This document shows, piece after piece, positions 1 through 12,819 of a stretch of DNA of 64,000 nucleotides; positions within the stretch are counted from its first letter, which is position 1, and every line of letters begins with the position of its first letter. The notes under the pieces are model-generated. The model was given only the letters and a program-made list of their open reading frames with translations, was not told the origin of the DNA and ran no database searches. Both the position numbers and the translations under genes were made by a program. Origin of the DNA: Callorhinchus milii (taxonomy: Eukaryota); the NCBI RefSeq assembly GCF_018977255.1, contig NW_024704743.1, positions 32,180,001 to 32,244,000 of the forward strand, given 5' to 3'.

Positions 1-86
1 GCCAGTTGTGGTTATAATTATAATTATAATGTTTTATAATTGCTATAAGGTGTTATAATTTCTATATATTTTCATCAATCTAACAG

Positions 87-655
87 TGCCATGGCTCAAA
101 CGTAGTACTCTTGTCTCTGAGTCAGAAGGCTGTGTGTTCAAATCCCACGTAAGGACCTCCCTACCTCTCCCTGCTCACCCGCCAACCCGTTGCCTCCGCT
201 CGACCTACTCCGGACTTCTGCATGTCCCTCGTGCCCTCTGTGCCACCATTGGTGGCCGTGCTTTCGGCCACTATGCCCCAAAACTCTGGAACACTCTTCC
301 TCTACCCCTTTACCTTGCCCCTTGCTTCCCCATCTTCAGGTCGCGCCTGAAGTTGTTCCTATTCGATTGTTCCTAACGTCACTCCCCCTCCCACTGGTTC
401 AGCATCATGCTGCGCCACTGCCAAGCACTCTGGGACACTATCCTGCGTGAGGGGGCGCTACATAAGTGCAAGTTGTTGTTGACGTTCGAATGCAGCGCTG
501 AAGGCTGTTGCCTTGTATGAGGTGCCTCGCTTCTGATGAAACATTAATCCGAGAACCCGACTGCCTGTTCAAATGGACGTTAATGATGCCACAGCACTAT
601 TTAAAATGAGAAGGGAGTTTCTCATGGTGTCCTGGCAAAAATCCCTCACATCAAA
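87..655 (+). mobile_element. DeuSINE-like element split by a nested L2 3' fragment (about 150-481)
   Basis: SINE head 87-150, L2 tail ending (GTT)n at 481, SINE body resumes to GGTGTCCTGGC. Confidence 0.75.
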
Positions 656-1392
656 TTGGTTATTCATTTCATGGTTGAAATTATGCTGCCCCATTTTCTT
701 ACAGATACACAAACCATTAATTTGTTTTCATATTAGCTCAGTGTTATGCAATTCAACCTTCATCAGAAAGGACCCAGGTTCAATTTCTCACCCATGCTGA
801 ATTAGTTCATCTCTTGGGGTAGCAGTACACCACTAAAAATAGTTTTGATGTGTCTGGACAAAGGAAGATTAAAAAAAACAATTAATCTGGGCTCCTTCAC
901 CCAGTCGTTACATGGTGACTTCTGCTGGAAAGTGCATACATGTAGGATGTTGAGTTTCACACAAGGAAGATTGGTTACCTGAATGAGGCACTGAACAGCT
1001 GTTGGTGCTTGTAAAACCACCCAAGTGAATTTCACAATACTTTCTGTCTTCAGGGAATATCGGTAGAAAATTATGGCAGAGGGAGGGTGGAAAGCATTTA
1101 TTTTAGTTTATAAAATGCATGCTTTAGGAGCTTTCTTTGCTGATACTGCTTTGCTCAGGAATCTCATTGTTATCATCACATGCTGTATTTCCAGAAGCTT
1201 GTCTGTTAGTGACAGTCATTCTATGATTTACAAAACAACCACACAGTCAGTCTCTTTTTTCCGTTTCTTGTTTAAAACTAATCCATCTGTTTTTCGTACT
1301 GGTTTTTAAAAAAAAATCCCAGGTTTGCTTTGGCAATATTGTTGGTATGCAATGCACTTGGAGTCACATCATACTATTTTCGCAGAATAGCT

Positions 1393-1532
1393 ATGAATCC
1401 TGAAGGAAAAATACCAGCGGCACAGAAGTTGAATAGGTATGGAGAGATAGAAAATATTGAAATGACTCCGGAAGATTGGCTTAATCGCTGGAAAAAGAGA
1501 CAGATCGGATTTCATGAAAACAAAATTAATGA
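1393..1532 (+). CDS. TPMT: Thiopurine S-methyltransferase, coding exon 1
   Basis: ATG at 1393 after acceptor (ttttcgcag or aatag); MNPEGK...MTPEDWLNRWKKRQIGFHENKIN resembles the TPMT N-terminal W..RW....GFH motif; donor GA|gtaagt; 140 nt. Confidence 0.93.
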
Positions 1533-1609
1533 GTAAGTGTAACAGATTTATTTTTGATTTTTGGACAATTTGGGATTTTGTTTAAAATTGGATGTTACTC
1601 GACCTTATA

Positions 1610-1826
1610 GGGAAGAAATTCCACCTGAGTCTAGATTTACTCTATTTTTCTGAGCATTTAAGAGCATGTAGAAATTTAGTAAATTGTTGAATTCAGTCTT
1701 AAACTTTTGTGTAGTTATTTAAAGACCTTAGTAGAAACCAAATTCAAAATTAAGTCTATTTAAGAACTTATTTAAGAAATGCTAAGAAAATAAGAGTAAA
1801 TCTAGACTTGAGTGAAATTTCTACCT
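1610..1826. mobile_element. Palindromic MITE-like element
   Basis: About 50-bp imperfect terminal inverted repeats GGAAGAAATTCCACCTGAGTCTAGATTTACTC... / ...GAGTAAATCTAGACTTGAGTGAAATTTCTACC. Confidence 0.75.
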
Positions 1827-2841
1827 CCTACAACCTCTTGTGTGGATTGTCACCACACAGAAAAGCAGATTAAATTATTCACTTTGGGAGATAACAAGTG
1901 TCATTCCGTTAAATTAGATTTTTTATTATTTAAAAAAACTGTCCAATTTTCTTTAACCCATAAGGGCTAACTGCTGTCAATGATACAATAATCCTATCTT
2001 AAACTGAATTGCATCATTGGTTACTGATCTTTTCAGACTATAGAAGAAACCAGGTACAACACAATTTTCGGAGTATTGAGGAATCTTGATGTGTTTAGTG
2101 CTTGAATCATTCTGACAAATTCTGTATGTTGCAGCCAAGATATGCAAAGATTGGACAGATGTACGGTATCCTAAAATATTTGCATTTAAATGATGACAGG
2201 TCGGGGCAATCCACCTAAACATTCTTGTACCATTAATATCGATGAGAGGCTTGGTAGAGTAGTAGAGAGCCAGACTGACAGCAGGAATGACTGGGTTCAA
2301 CTGGTTGCTTCTCAGTTTCAATAATATTCTTCCAACATCTGAATGTTTTAGAATTGCAACAATATCTTTTTCAAATACTCCTGCTGCGCCTCTCTGCTAA
2401 CTGTTCTCTGCGCTGTCTCTCATGAGGTTGTACGAGACAGCGCAGAGAGTGATAGGAAGAGGGGCGAAGCAGGAGGTATGAGTCATACCACTTACTCCAC
2501 CTCTCTTCCCGTCGCTCACCCCGCCTCTCACGAGATTGTTCAAGTTGACACAGAGCATGATGCACCTGAGGCAGTGCGGAGACCAAAGAGAAACACAGCT
2601 GGGACACAAAACAATGAAATCGGAAATGGTTCGCTGGCCAGGTGAAACCATCCCCGGGCCGGATGCAGCCCATAGGTGTCTAGTTGAACCACCTGCCAAA
2701 GGGGATGCTTCTGGTCTGGAGAATTGAGGTGCACCAATTTCCAAAATCCTGAACAAGTTAATATTGCATTGTAAATTGTATTGTAAACCATTAAAGTGGC
2801 TATAACTGTTCCATTAAAACTTGTAACCGTTATCTCCATAG

Positions 2842-2934
2842 AAAGCTGAACAAACATTTGACCTCTTTGATAAATGGAAGGAAGAAAATCCGTATTTTTT
2901 TCCCACTCTGTGGAAAGGCAATAGATATGAAATG
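2842..2934 (+). CDS. TPMT: TPMT coding exon 2
   Basis: ccatag|...aaatg|gtaagt; 93 nt; KLNKHLTSLINGRKKIRIFFPLCGKAIDMKW contains SAM-binding motif I FFPLCGK. Confidence 0.97.
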
Positions 2935-3422
2935 GTAAGTAAATTGCAAGCAATATAACACATTTCTACAATTTTTTATACTGGATAATGTACACATTAT
3001 TCTGCTGTGCTACATCTTTGGCCCGAAAGTTTCACCTGTTTTGTCTTAAAACTTAAGATCATACAGAATTGTGAAAATTCCTTAAATTCAGTTTTAATTT
3101 GGAATCCAGTTCTGATTAAGAACTGCAGAAACCTGGCTTCCAATATTATGTTGAATTCAAGAGTTCTCCACAATTTTACATCTTAAAACAAAATAGTCTT
3201 GAAGGCTCAGACTAGATGGGACTTCAGGCTTCTTATCTGTTACCCTTCAAATATTACAATGTTAAATTTGATCAGTGTAACTTTATCCTGCAAAGCCTCC
3301 TTCCTTGTAGGTGTAATCCACGATCGGCAAAGTAAATTTTAAACACAAACTTCTAATTCATGCTTTCCTATTTTCTAAGAGCTCATTAAGGCCATTGGGA
3401 TTGAACAATACGTCATGCTACT

Positions 3423-3690
3423 GTAAGCATTTGGAGTAAAATGGCACATTGGAGATTCTTAAACTCACTAGGCTATTAAAGAGAAGAGCATTCCTGCCAC
3501 CATCTTATGATGGGCTACTCTGACTTTCAACACCATCTTCCACCATCTTATGATGGTCTACTCTAATTTCAGTGTAATCTGTCAAAAATTAGAGTAGCCC
3601 ACTACAAAGATGGCGACAGGTATACACTGCTCTTTGATTGACAGCACGGTAAGTAATGAAGTTCCAATGTGACGTTGTACAGATGCTTCC
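3423..3690. mobile_element. Imperfect palindromic element (probable non-autonomous DNA transposon)
   Basis: Arms CACATTGGA...CCATCTTATGATGGGCTACTCT / AGAGTAGCCCACTACAAAGATGG...TCCAATGTG. Confidence 0.6.
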
Positions 3691-3779
3691 TCAAGGAGAA
3701 GGAAGAATTACCCAGGCTACTCTCACACACCTATTTGTAAACTATATGGCAGGTCAAGTTTCGCCCATCCCATTAACTG

Positions 3780-4962
3780 ACAAAAGAGGCATCCCATTAT
3801 GAACAGAGGTGTGACCCGGACTCCCTGCCTCCTCGTTCTCTTTGACCTCACCTTACGTGTTCGACAGTCGATCACACCATCCTCCTCGATCGCCTCTCTT
3901 CCCTTATCACCCTTATTGGGACCGCACTCGTATGGTTCGAGTCCTATTTGACTAAGCACCAAAAATACATCCCGACAAACGCTTTCTCCTCCCGCCCCCA
4001 TCCGGTCACCTGCGGGGTACCCCAAGTCTCATCCTTGGCCGCCTTTTTTCCTTATTTATACGCTCCCTCTTGGCAATATCATCTGTAGATATGGGGTCAA
4101 CTTCCACATGTATGTGGTGACACCCAAATCTACTTCTCCTCCAGCTGCAATTCCCAGTTCGCTGATGTCCTGTCAGCTTATTTGACTCTGTCAACACCTT
4201 CTCTCCTGCAGGTCTGAACTCCTCAACCTCCCGGACTCTCCCTCAGACTCACCGAACCTGTGTGCAATTTAGGCATCAGGTTTGATCCCCAGCTCTCCTT
4301 TCTACTCCACATCCGTTCCCTGACTAGGACCGCTTTTTTCCACCTCTATCACATTGCCCGCTTCTGTCTGTACCTCACAACAAAAGCAGCCGAACCCTCG
4401 TCCACGCCTTCATCACTTCTCGGCTGGTTTATTCCAATTTCCTTCTTGTTGGTCTCCCCAGCTCCACCATACACAAAAATAATTAACTCAGAACTCCGCC
4501 TCCCGGATTCTGACCCGCACAAAACTCTGTACCCCCATCAAACCAGTCCTTGCCAGGCACCACTGGCTCCCAATTACTGAACGGATCGATTTCAAGATCT
4601 TCTCACTTGTTTTCAAATCCCTTCATTCCCTCACACCTCCCTACTTATCCGATTTGCTTATTCCCCCAATCCCCGACCTGCTACCGCCGCTCGGCTGACT
4701 CCGGCCTCCAGTTCGTCCCTTGTCCCCTCTGCTCCACTATTGGTGGCTGTGCCTTCAGCCACTTCGCCCAGAAACTCTGGATGTCTATCCCTCAATCCCT
4801 CCATCTTGCGCTCTCCCTCCCCACTTTAAAATCCTGCCTAAAGACGTTCCTTTTTGATCATGTTTACGATCATCTCCCCTCTCCCCCTGGCTCAGGGTCA
4901 CTTTCAAGTGCTCCAGGATGCTACCCCGCGTGAAGGCGCTATATAAATGCAAGTTTTTGTTG
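3780..4962 (+). mobile_element. L2-clade LINE, decayed 3' ORF2 and tail
   Basis: Frameshifted RT remnants (FDTVDH-like, GVPQ, NLGIRFDPQLSF..HIRS), tail GTGAAGGCGCTATATAAATGCAAG. Confidence 0.88.
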
Positions 4963-5069
4963 TGTGTGTATATATATTTTAAATGTTATTAACAGTTTGG
5001 AAAATGAATGTGATAAAGAATCATTAAAATCATGCCAGTTTCTTCTTTTTTCCCCCCCATTACCTATAG

Positions 5070-5202
5070 GTTAGCTGATCTGGGGCACACTATTGTTGGT
5101 GTGGAAGTGAGTGAACTGGGAATAAAAGAGTTCTTTGAAGAACAGGATTTGTCCTACACACGGGGACCTGTGCCAGAAGTACCAGGTGCTGAAGTGTTTA
5201 AA
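5070..5202 (+). CDS. TPMT: TPMT coding exon 3
   Basis: ctatag|...tttaaa|gtatgt; 133 nt; [44 protein letters not shown]. Confidence 0.97.
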
Positions 5203-6108
5203 GTATGTGGAAAAATACACCTTTTTATTTTGCCAGGGTATATTAACATTTGCTGTATTAATATACAGCATAAGTGTGATGAATTTAAAGTTGATGTTTC
5301 AATATCTTGTGTGGTGGGGGGTATGCAACTAACAGTAACTAACAACTGGCCCTCATCTGCATCTCTTCCTGACAAGCAGTTTGAGGAACACATTCGTGGC
5401 TGTATCTTTACACAAATTTTTTATAGATTCTCAATTGAGGGAGAAGAACCATGGCAATGTCATGAGCTGGGGCAATAGAAAAGTGCCGAAATGTTTGCAA
5501 AAAAGTTGTGGGGAGATTCAAAAGTTTTGAGAAAAATGGTAGGGAGTTGATTGGTGCTATTGAGGTGCATTTTACTGCCAACTTACATTTTTTTCACTTT
5601 ATTGATAAAAAGTAAACATGAGGAAACCACACATTAGATCATTGCAAAAAATATTAATTGATTAGTTAACAAAAACTGGGTGGCCTTTTGTTTTTAGGAA
5701 AGTAAGAGGGGGACACCAGCGAGGTCACAGGAGCATTCAGACCCAGAGAGAGAGACGTACACTCAAGAGACACAGAGAGAGACACACACAGACACAGAGA
5801 GAGACACACAGACAATCACAACAGCCCAGCACCCCGAGTGAAGCCCATTTGCCACTTGCCTTATATGGAGGCACCCCGCCCACAGTGGCGTCAGGTAAAC
5901 AGCCAGGGGGCCCGCGGGCCATAAACTACATTTATAACGGGTTTGTAGTGGAGGAGGGTGTTTGTAGCGGATTCCGCGGAAGAATTGCAGCACTTTTCTA
6001 TTGGCCCAATTCATGAGTACTTGTTACCAGTTTGTGGAGGGAATGTGATTTTTAAAATGTATTATTTTAAGGAATCAAGCTTTTCTTATTACTTTTCTTC
6101 TATTCCAG

Positions 6109-6161
6109 AGTGATGATGGAGAAATCTCTTTGTTTAAGTGCAGCTTGTTTGATTTCACAAG
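6109..6161 (+). CDS. TPMT: TPMT coding exon 4
   Basis: ttccag|...acaag|gtgaga; 53 nt; SDDGEISLFKCSLFDFT; phase consistent with neighbours. Confidence 0.94.
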
Positions 6162-6214
6162 GTGAGAAAACTTATATTAGTACTGGAGACCAAACTGTAA
6201 CTTCTCTTTCCAAC

Positions 6215-6730
6215 GGCAACAACAAATTGCCTGTATATTGTCTTTCATGTTGGGAGGATGTTCCAAGGCACTGGAGAGTCAAAGCTTTGCACCCGAGCTA
6301 GGGATGGGAAGATGACTGAAGACTCAGTCAAAGAAGAAGGTCTTGAGATTGGTTTGAAGGAGGCGAGGGAAGAAGTGAGGCAGATGAACTCTGGGATAAA
6401 GGCCCAATCACCGATGGTGAAGCAGGCCATTGCTTGCTGAGCAGGGAGAGCGGGTGGTTTGACAGGGTTTTCTAAGTTCACAAAGATAGGGTGGGACAAG
6501 ACCGTGGAAGGATTTAAAAGTGAGGATGAGGGTCTTGAACTCGATACAATGGGGCATGGGAGCCAGTGGAACAAGGCAAGGATAGCAGTGATAGGCTCGT
6601 GGAGCCTTAGTGCAGGAAAAGACATGAGCTGCATAGTTCTGAGTGGTCTGCAACTTATGGAGCGAAGAGTTGGGAAGTCCGGTGAACAGAGTGTTCGGGT
6701 AGTCAAGCCTAGATGTAATAAAAGCATGGA
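6215..6730 (-). mobile_element. L2 LINE 3' fragment
   Basis: PIT.IL..FHWLP and IEFKTLILTFK remnants; (CAA) tail at left end. Confidence 0.82.
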
Positions 6731-6983
6731 TAACGTCTGGCTTTCCCCTTTTTCACAACTTTCAAAATGCTCCTAAAAACCTGCCTTTTAATCATGCTAT
6801 TGGTCACCCCTCCCTCTCCCTGTGAAAATTGAAGTGGAGAAAAAAATCCTACTACAGTGCTTGAAAAGATTGCATATAGAATTTTAATTGATATTTATAA
6901 AGTGTATAGAAAGCATACATTTCTTATTTTGTGTAAGCTATAATGTCCAATTAAAATTGAATTTAACCCCTTTTTTCGAGTAG

Positions 6984-7058
6984 TTCAATTGCTGGACAGT
7001 TTGATGGGATTTGGGACAGAGGTTCTCTGGTGGCTATCAATCCTTCTGATAGACAACG
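6984..7058 (+). CDS. TPMT: TPMT coding exon 5
   Basis: gagtag|...caacg|gttagt; 75 nt; SIAGQFDGIWDRGSLVAINPSDRQR with the WDRG.LVAI motif. Confidence 0.97.
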
Positions 7059-8125
7059 GTTAGTGACATATCATTTATTTACTTTTACTTCACTTACTGC
7101 TCTGCATTTCACTTACAAGAGGAAGCAATCAAGTGACAAAAAGAATAATGTCCTTCAACACATTTAAACTTATCTTTATGATCTTGTAGAGAGGCAAAAT
7201 TATATTTTGGTGAGATAATATTCCTGATGGGATGTTCCTGAACAACAGTTCTTGCACCATCTATTTCCCAAACACTATGGTACATCTTCCCATTGTGAAA
7301 GGCGCTATATAAATATATATTTGTATTGTATTTCATGTGGTACCTGAGGATAATTTGTTCGTCATTTGTTTCATTTTTCTTTGCTACCTTTCTTCACTTT
7401 AAACAATGTGTACTTTTATATAAGGCTATAAATTCACACACCATGTCCATTCTTCCTTTAGAAGAAGATGACTGAATTTCACTCAATACTTATCTAAAAA
7501 ACCAAAAACATTATGAATGGCAGTAATTACTTGTAAGCACTTTGCACCATTTCAATGAAATAAGTCATTGCAAAAAATGAAAGTGAAAACATTTGCTTTC
7601 TCCCATCATCATGGTCAGTTGCCAGTTTAATCAACTCTTTTGTAGCAGATATTACAATGAACTAAATTTCTTGTTAGATATATTGCAGAATTTAAGCAAA
7701 TATCTTTAACAAGCCCTATTTGATCCACCAATCCGATTTCTGACCTGCCTACAGCACTTTTAGAACAGCTGCAGACTTTAGATTGAACGCTTTGTTTTTC
7801 TCCTAATAACTTATCACAACACTTTATATTTAATAAAGTATCTAAGTAAACTAATCTGATATTGTGTCTCTGGGTTGTTATATGTGTACATGTATATGTA
7901 CAGAGGGAACTACATATTTTCTGATTTATGAAGTTAACACCAAATAAAAGGATTACATAATTAATACATCTTTTTCATTTAATTATTGCATAAATAAGAG
8001 TACATGTAATTATTGTTTAACATATTTTACACATTGTGCATAATGCACACGACACAGAATGACATTTTAATGGAAATACTTTCAGTTCCAAAAGCATATT
8101 ACTTAAAGTTGCTTTTCTATGCTAG

Positions 8126-8211
8126 TTATGCCACAGTACTCATATCTCTCATGGGCAAAGGATGTCACTATCTTCTAGATACACTTGTGTATGGTGAAAG
8201 TAATTTTATTG
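8126..8211 (+). CDS. TPMT: TPMT coding exon 6
   Basis: gctag|...attg|gtaagt; 86 nt; YATVLISLMGKGCHYLLDTLVYGESNFI. Confidence 0.94.
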
Positions 8212-8988
8212 GTAAGTGATGATGCTATTTTTAATATGCTCTTTGTATTGTTAAACCATGAATAATATAAATGCAGACATAGTTAAACCATGAATAATCT
8301 AAATGCTTACATATGAATTAAGGAAATAAAGTATTTTATAAAGCATTCATACTTGTAGGGCATTCCAAACAAATCTAATTTTCTGAAATGCATTGGATTT
8401 CTGTTTACTTTTACGTGAAAAATCTTGTGCTGTTGATGTCTTGGTCTTACTGGATAAACAAGCATACTAGTGAATAAAACTGAAACAGACTTATTAAACA
8501 TATATAACTGTATGTACATATATTAAACATAAATAATATGGAATATATGTTTATAAATAACAATGTGAAATATTTAAAAATCTTTCTCTTACCAAGAGAA
8601 GTTGATTTTGCTTTCAAGCTTAAATGATCACTTTTAAATGTGGTCCTCTTAGGCCTGAAATTGCCTATAAAATCAATAGGTCTTAAAATTTTAGATCACA
8701 CATAATTGTGAAAAATTCTTGAATTCCATCTTAATATGGAAGCTGGTTTTCCGCAGTTCTTAAAATGAGCCAACTTCCAAATTAGGGCTGAATTTTAAAA
8801 TTGCTTCCTTTTACTGCAAAGTCTTAAATGTTGCAACAAAATGGATTCACAGACTAAGAATAGATAGAATTTTGTTGTTGGATTCTGACCTCAGTTATAC
8901 ATTAGTGTATTAGCCATTGAATTAAATTTAGATTTTAAATTATTGTTTTTAGTGACTGAGGAAATGTTTTGTGGTCTCTATTTTTTAG

Positions 8989-9033
8989 GTACACCACATT
9001 GTGTGCCAGAACACACAATTCAGGATTTGTATG
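8989..9033 (+). CDS. TPMT: TPMT coding exon 7
   Basis: ttttag|...tatg|gtgagt; 45 nt; GTPHCVPEHTIQDLY (mammalian equivalent GPPFYVPHAEIERLF). Confidence 0.92.
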
Positions 9034-9463
9034 GTGAGTTCAATTTATTTCCATGTGTAAAGCGATTTTCATTTGAAAATATTTACTTGTTTTTGATATC
9101 TTCCAATTTTTGTTCTGTATTATGAAGCTCATGGTATTAATTCTATATATTTTTTAAAGTGTCATTCTGTTCTGTTAATATACTAAAAATAACACATTTT
9201 CTTTTTGTTTAGTACAATCTTATTACAAGATGGTGGTTGTGGTCCACAAATTCCTAACCAGGGTTATAACAGGGTTATAAGGTGACAATTGCCAATTAGA
9301 ACAGAGAAAACCAGCCATCTTCCTGTGCATTAAAAATGGCCAACTTCCAGACTCTGTGACAGTTTACTTCTCCTGTTTGATTCTAACACAGTGTTAGACT
9401 GTAGATCCAGAATATACATCAATCAATCAATATCCCTGATTTTTTGCATTCTTTTCTTTGTAG

Positions 9464-9588
9464 GTCAGACATGCAATATTCAATTACTGGAATCATCTGA
9501 TGCCCTGACAGACAAGCAAAGATCATGGGGTCTGAATTCCTTCATAGAAAATGTTCATCTTATTATGCTAAAAACGGATTTTTCCTGA
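9464..9588 (+). CDS. TPMT: TPMT last coding exon
   Basis: ttgtag|GQTCNIQLLESSDALTDKQRSWGLNSFIENVHLIMLKTDFS-TGA; the eight exons sum to 750 nt in one open frame. Confidence 0.95.
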
Positions 9589-10124
9589 TCATTGCAGACT
9601 ATGTAAAAGTTTAAACCAGAAGAAAATTGAATGACTCTAATTTGAAAAATTGTGGTCTTTATTTTGCATCATTATCCAGTAGGGAATAAGTAAAATAATA
9701 TTCTTTCACGGACTATTGGAACTTCTTCTGGGGCCTCCCTTCTCACCTTTATTCTAGGAAATCATTTCTGAACATATAACAACAACAAATTACACTGGAA
9801 TAGTGCCTTTCACATCGGGAGGACATCCCAAGGCTTTGGACAGTCAAGGATTTGCACCCAATATAAAATTATATGTGAATGCATTTGATATGTTCTTTGC
9901 ACTTTAGAGTGGTTAGTTTAAATATTTTAATCAATTATATTCAGACTTTTGCAGTACATCATGTAGTTTCCAAAATATATATAGTTTCCCTGTATCTTTT
10001 CCAATTAAAACCAAATTAAAACAATGGAAGCAAATGCAGAAAACATTCTGTTTCTGTACTCTTTTTCACTCATATTTACTCAAAAAGCTTTGTTCAGATA
10101 TTTTAGAATATTAATAACTTTGAT

Positions 10125-10502
10125 ACACTTCTGAGTCAGAAGGGTGTGGGTTCAAGCATCACATCGGGACTTGGAATCATATTGTCTAATGACACTCCAA
10201 TGCAGTCCTGGGGATGTGTTGCATTGTTGGAGGTGACATCTGCCTGTTCAAGTGGATGTTAAAGATCCCATGCCCCTATTTGAAAAGTAAAAGAAGTTTC
10301 TCCTGGTGTCCTGGCCACCAATCCCCCGAATAAAATTGGTCACTCCATGGCTGTTTGTGAGACATTGCTGTGTTTCGCCTACTAGCTGCTGTGTCTCACT
10401 CAAAATATACCCAGTCAAAACCACTTTACAGTAGATATGTGAAGCTCTTTGAGATGTCTCAACAAGGTGATCAGACGATATAAAATGCAAGGATTATTAT
10501 TA
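10125..10502 (+). mobile_element. SINE family A, DeuSINE (SacSINE1-like)
   Basis: Head CTGAGTCAGAAGG..GGGTTCAAG, body GTGGATGTTAAAGATCCCATG...GGTGTCCTGGCC, (ATT)n tail; family name recalled from memory of shark DeuSINE consensus. Confidence 0.78.
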
Positions 10503-11769
10503 CCAAGAACGCCCAGAGAACTGACTCATTTCCGATGTTACAGGAGTGTATAACTGCGCTCGGGATACTGCCAATACTCTGTCTAGTGAACCAGCAGAAA
10601 TTGCCAGAGACCACCCAGGCATAGCTCTCCCTGTTCAGTTTCTGCCTTGCCCGGAGAGACTGCAGTCTATGTTCACTGCCTACCTTCTCAATGTGGATAC
10701 ACGTGCATCGCATTTGATAACAAAACTACAGCAGATGGCTGCAGGACTTTAGCATGCGTGATTTGAATCTTTTGGGTGACATAAAACCAAAGACTTTCTT
10801 TAAGATGTAGCAATAAAGGATAAAATGTGTTGCATGAATGCATCTTATTTTTTAGTCCTCCATTCCAGGGGATTATACAAGATTTTTTTAAACTTCAGTT
10901 GACATTTATCCCCAAACAGGAAATTAGTTTTAAAATTCTCACTGATAGTAACCAATATCTTGGTCAATCGCATATTGTGTAAACTTTGTAACAGGAAATA
11001 AGGGAACTATCATCTTGGTTAAATGGTTAACTGGGACTTCCTCCTGATATAAAAAAATGTTATATACTAATAATAATAATCCTTGCATTGAGGATATATG
11101 TATTGATATATAAATGCAGTTTGTTGTTCTTGTTGGAACATATTTGAAGTATTTGGAAATTTTGATTTTATCTGAGCTATAACTTCATTTATTTTGAACG
11201 TGTGTGTGAACATGTCTTGTGTATACACTCCAGTTAAGATGATTGCTTACCTTAATTCTTCCTCCGTCATTGAGTCAAACTGCAAAAATCCTGGTCTGTT
11301 GTACAATAATGTGAAAGGTGAGTTCTGCTTTTAGTGTTTTTGCTTGAATACCAGGCTCAATACAAAATAATGTCAACAAGACTTGAATGAATAATTGTAT
11401 TCCACTCAAGTGTGAGCAATGCACAGCAATAACTACCATGGTGTGGTATGTTGTATGTAATTTACCAAGTTTCCTTCAGCCTCTAACGAATCCTACAGTG
11501 AAATTGCTGCTTCTCATTTTGAAATGTGGTCAAATGTCTAAAAATACTTTATTCAAGACCCACCTCTTTGACCAGGCCTTCAGTCATCTTTCCCCTTCTG
11601 GCTTCCTTTGGTTCCCACCCCCAGGTTGGTTGCCCATCCAGCAGTGTTAGCTTTGAGACGTGAAAGGCCCTACAGTATATAAATGTAAATTGTATTGCTT
11701 ACCTTGTTTTTAATACCAGCTATATAGATCAATCTGTTAGCATTAGTAGAAGCACCTATACAGTATGTT

Positions 11770-12160
11770 CAAATTAATCCAGGTGCACAATGCCAACGTA
11801 TAACACCCATGTCCACCTCCCTGTTCACCAGATTCCCAAGCTCCTCCCTGTACAAGCTGCAGACCCCCCAGAACTCTGCAGCCCATACTTTCTCCCGCAC
11901 CAACATCCACAAACCCGTTACCCACATCCTATCCCACAGCAGATAAAATTCAAGATTCTTGTCAGCACTTCCAACTGCCTCCATGACCTCCCCCAATTCT
12001 ATCTCTATGACCCTACTGTCGGTTGCCCTGCTTAATGTCACCTGCCCATTCCACAAACAGTGAACGAGCCTTCGCTCTGTCCATGCTCTCTGGAATGTCC
12101 TGCTGGAGTCCCTTCCATCTTTCCCCATCCATCCCTGCCTTTAAAATGCTTTAAGAACCA
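11770..12160 (+). mobile_element. L2 LINE 3' fragment
   Basis: KLQ.PQNSAA and QIKFKILV remnants. Confidence 0.7.
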
Positions 12161-12819
12161 TCTTAAATTTCATCTTAACCAGAGAAATGAAAGAATGGAA
12201 CAATTAAACCACTTCTGTCCACTGTAGAAATCGGTAGGTTAATGGAAAATGAAACGGAATACCTCAAGAGCTGGTTGTGAATATATTCTACCCTGTCACA
12301 TACTAACCTGACTGCAAAGAACCTTTTCCCATTCATTCAAAATGAGAAAATTGACATATAAATAAATACTTCACTTAATCTACGACTATTTGTGGGACAG
12401 TGCTGTGTGCAATTGGCTGCGGTCTTTCGCCCACAAAATATACAGTCACTACACTTTACGTTATATTCTGTGAAGCTCCTTGAGATATCCTGAAGATGTG
12501 ATGATGCTCTGTATCAAATGCAAGGATTATTATTATCTTTTTGAATAGGCATTGCTCACCTTTCCCCTCCCTCCCCCATTCCAGCTCAGGCTCGCAGTCA
12601 GTTGTCTGAAGTGCTTTGGGACATCCTTTCAATGTGGAAAGTGCTATATTAATATCAACTGCTGTTGTCTATATTGTCAACAGTTTGCATTTCCACAGAC
12701 TAGCTATGGCATTTTTAACTAAAGGAAGGATGCCACATGAACGTGAAGAAGAAGAAGAGGAACATGGAAACATGACTCTAGGCGACTGGATCGTATGCTA
12801 AGAAAAGGAGACATTAAAT

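Noticed and set aside
5032..5478. 148-aa ORF as a stand-alone gene
   Set aside because: Only 5070-5202 is TPMT exon; the rest is intron read-through
8251..8306. Two-copy tandem duplication TTAAACCATGAATAAT.TAAATGC (similar case at about 42685-42730)
   Set aside because: Ordinary local slippage duplication with no sign of function
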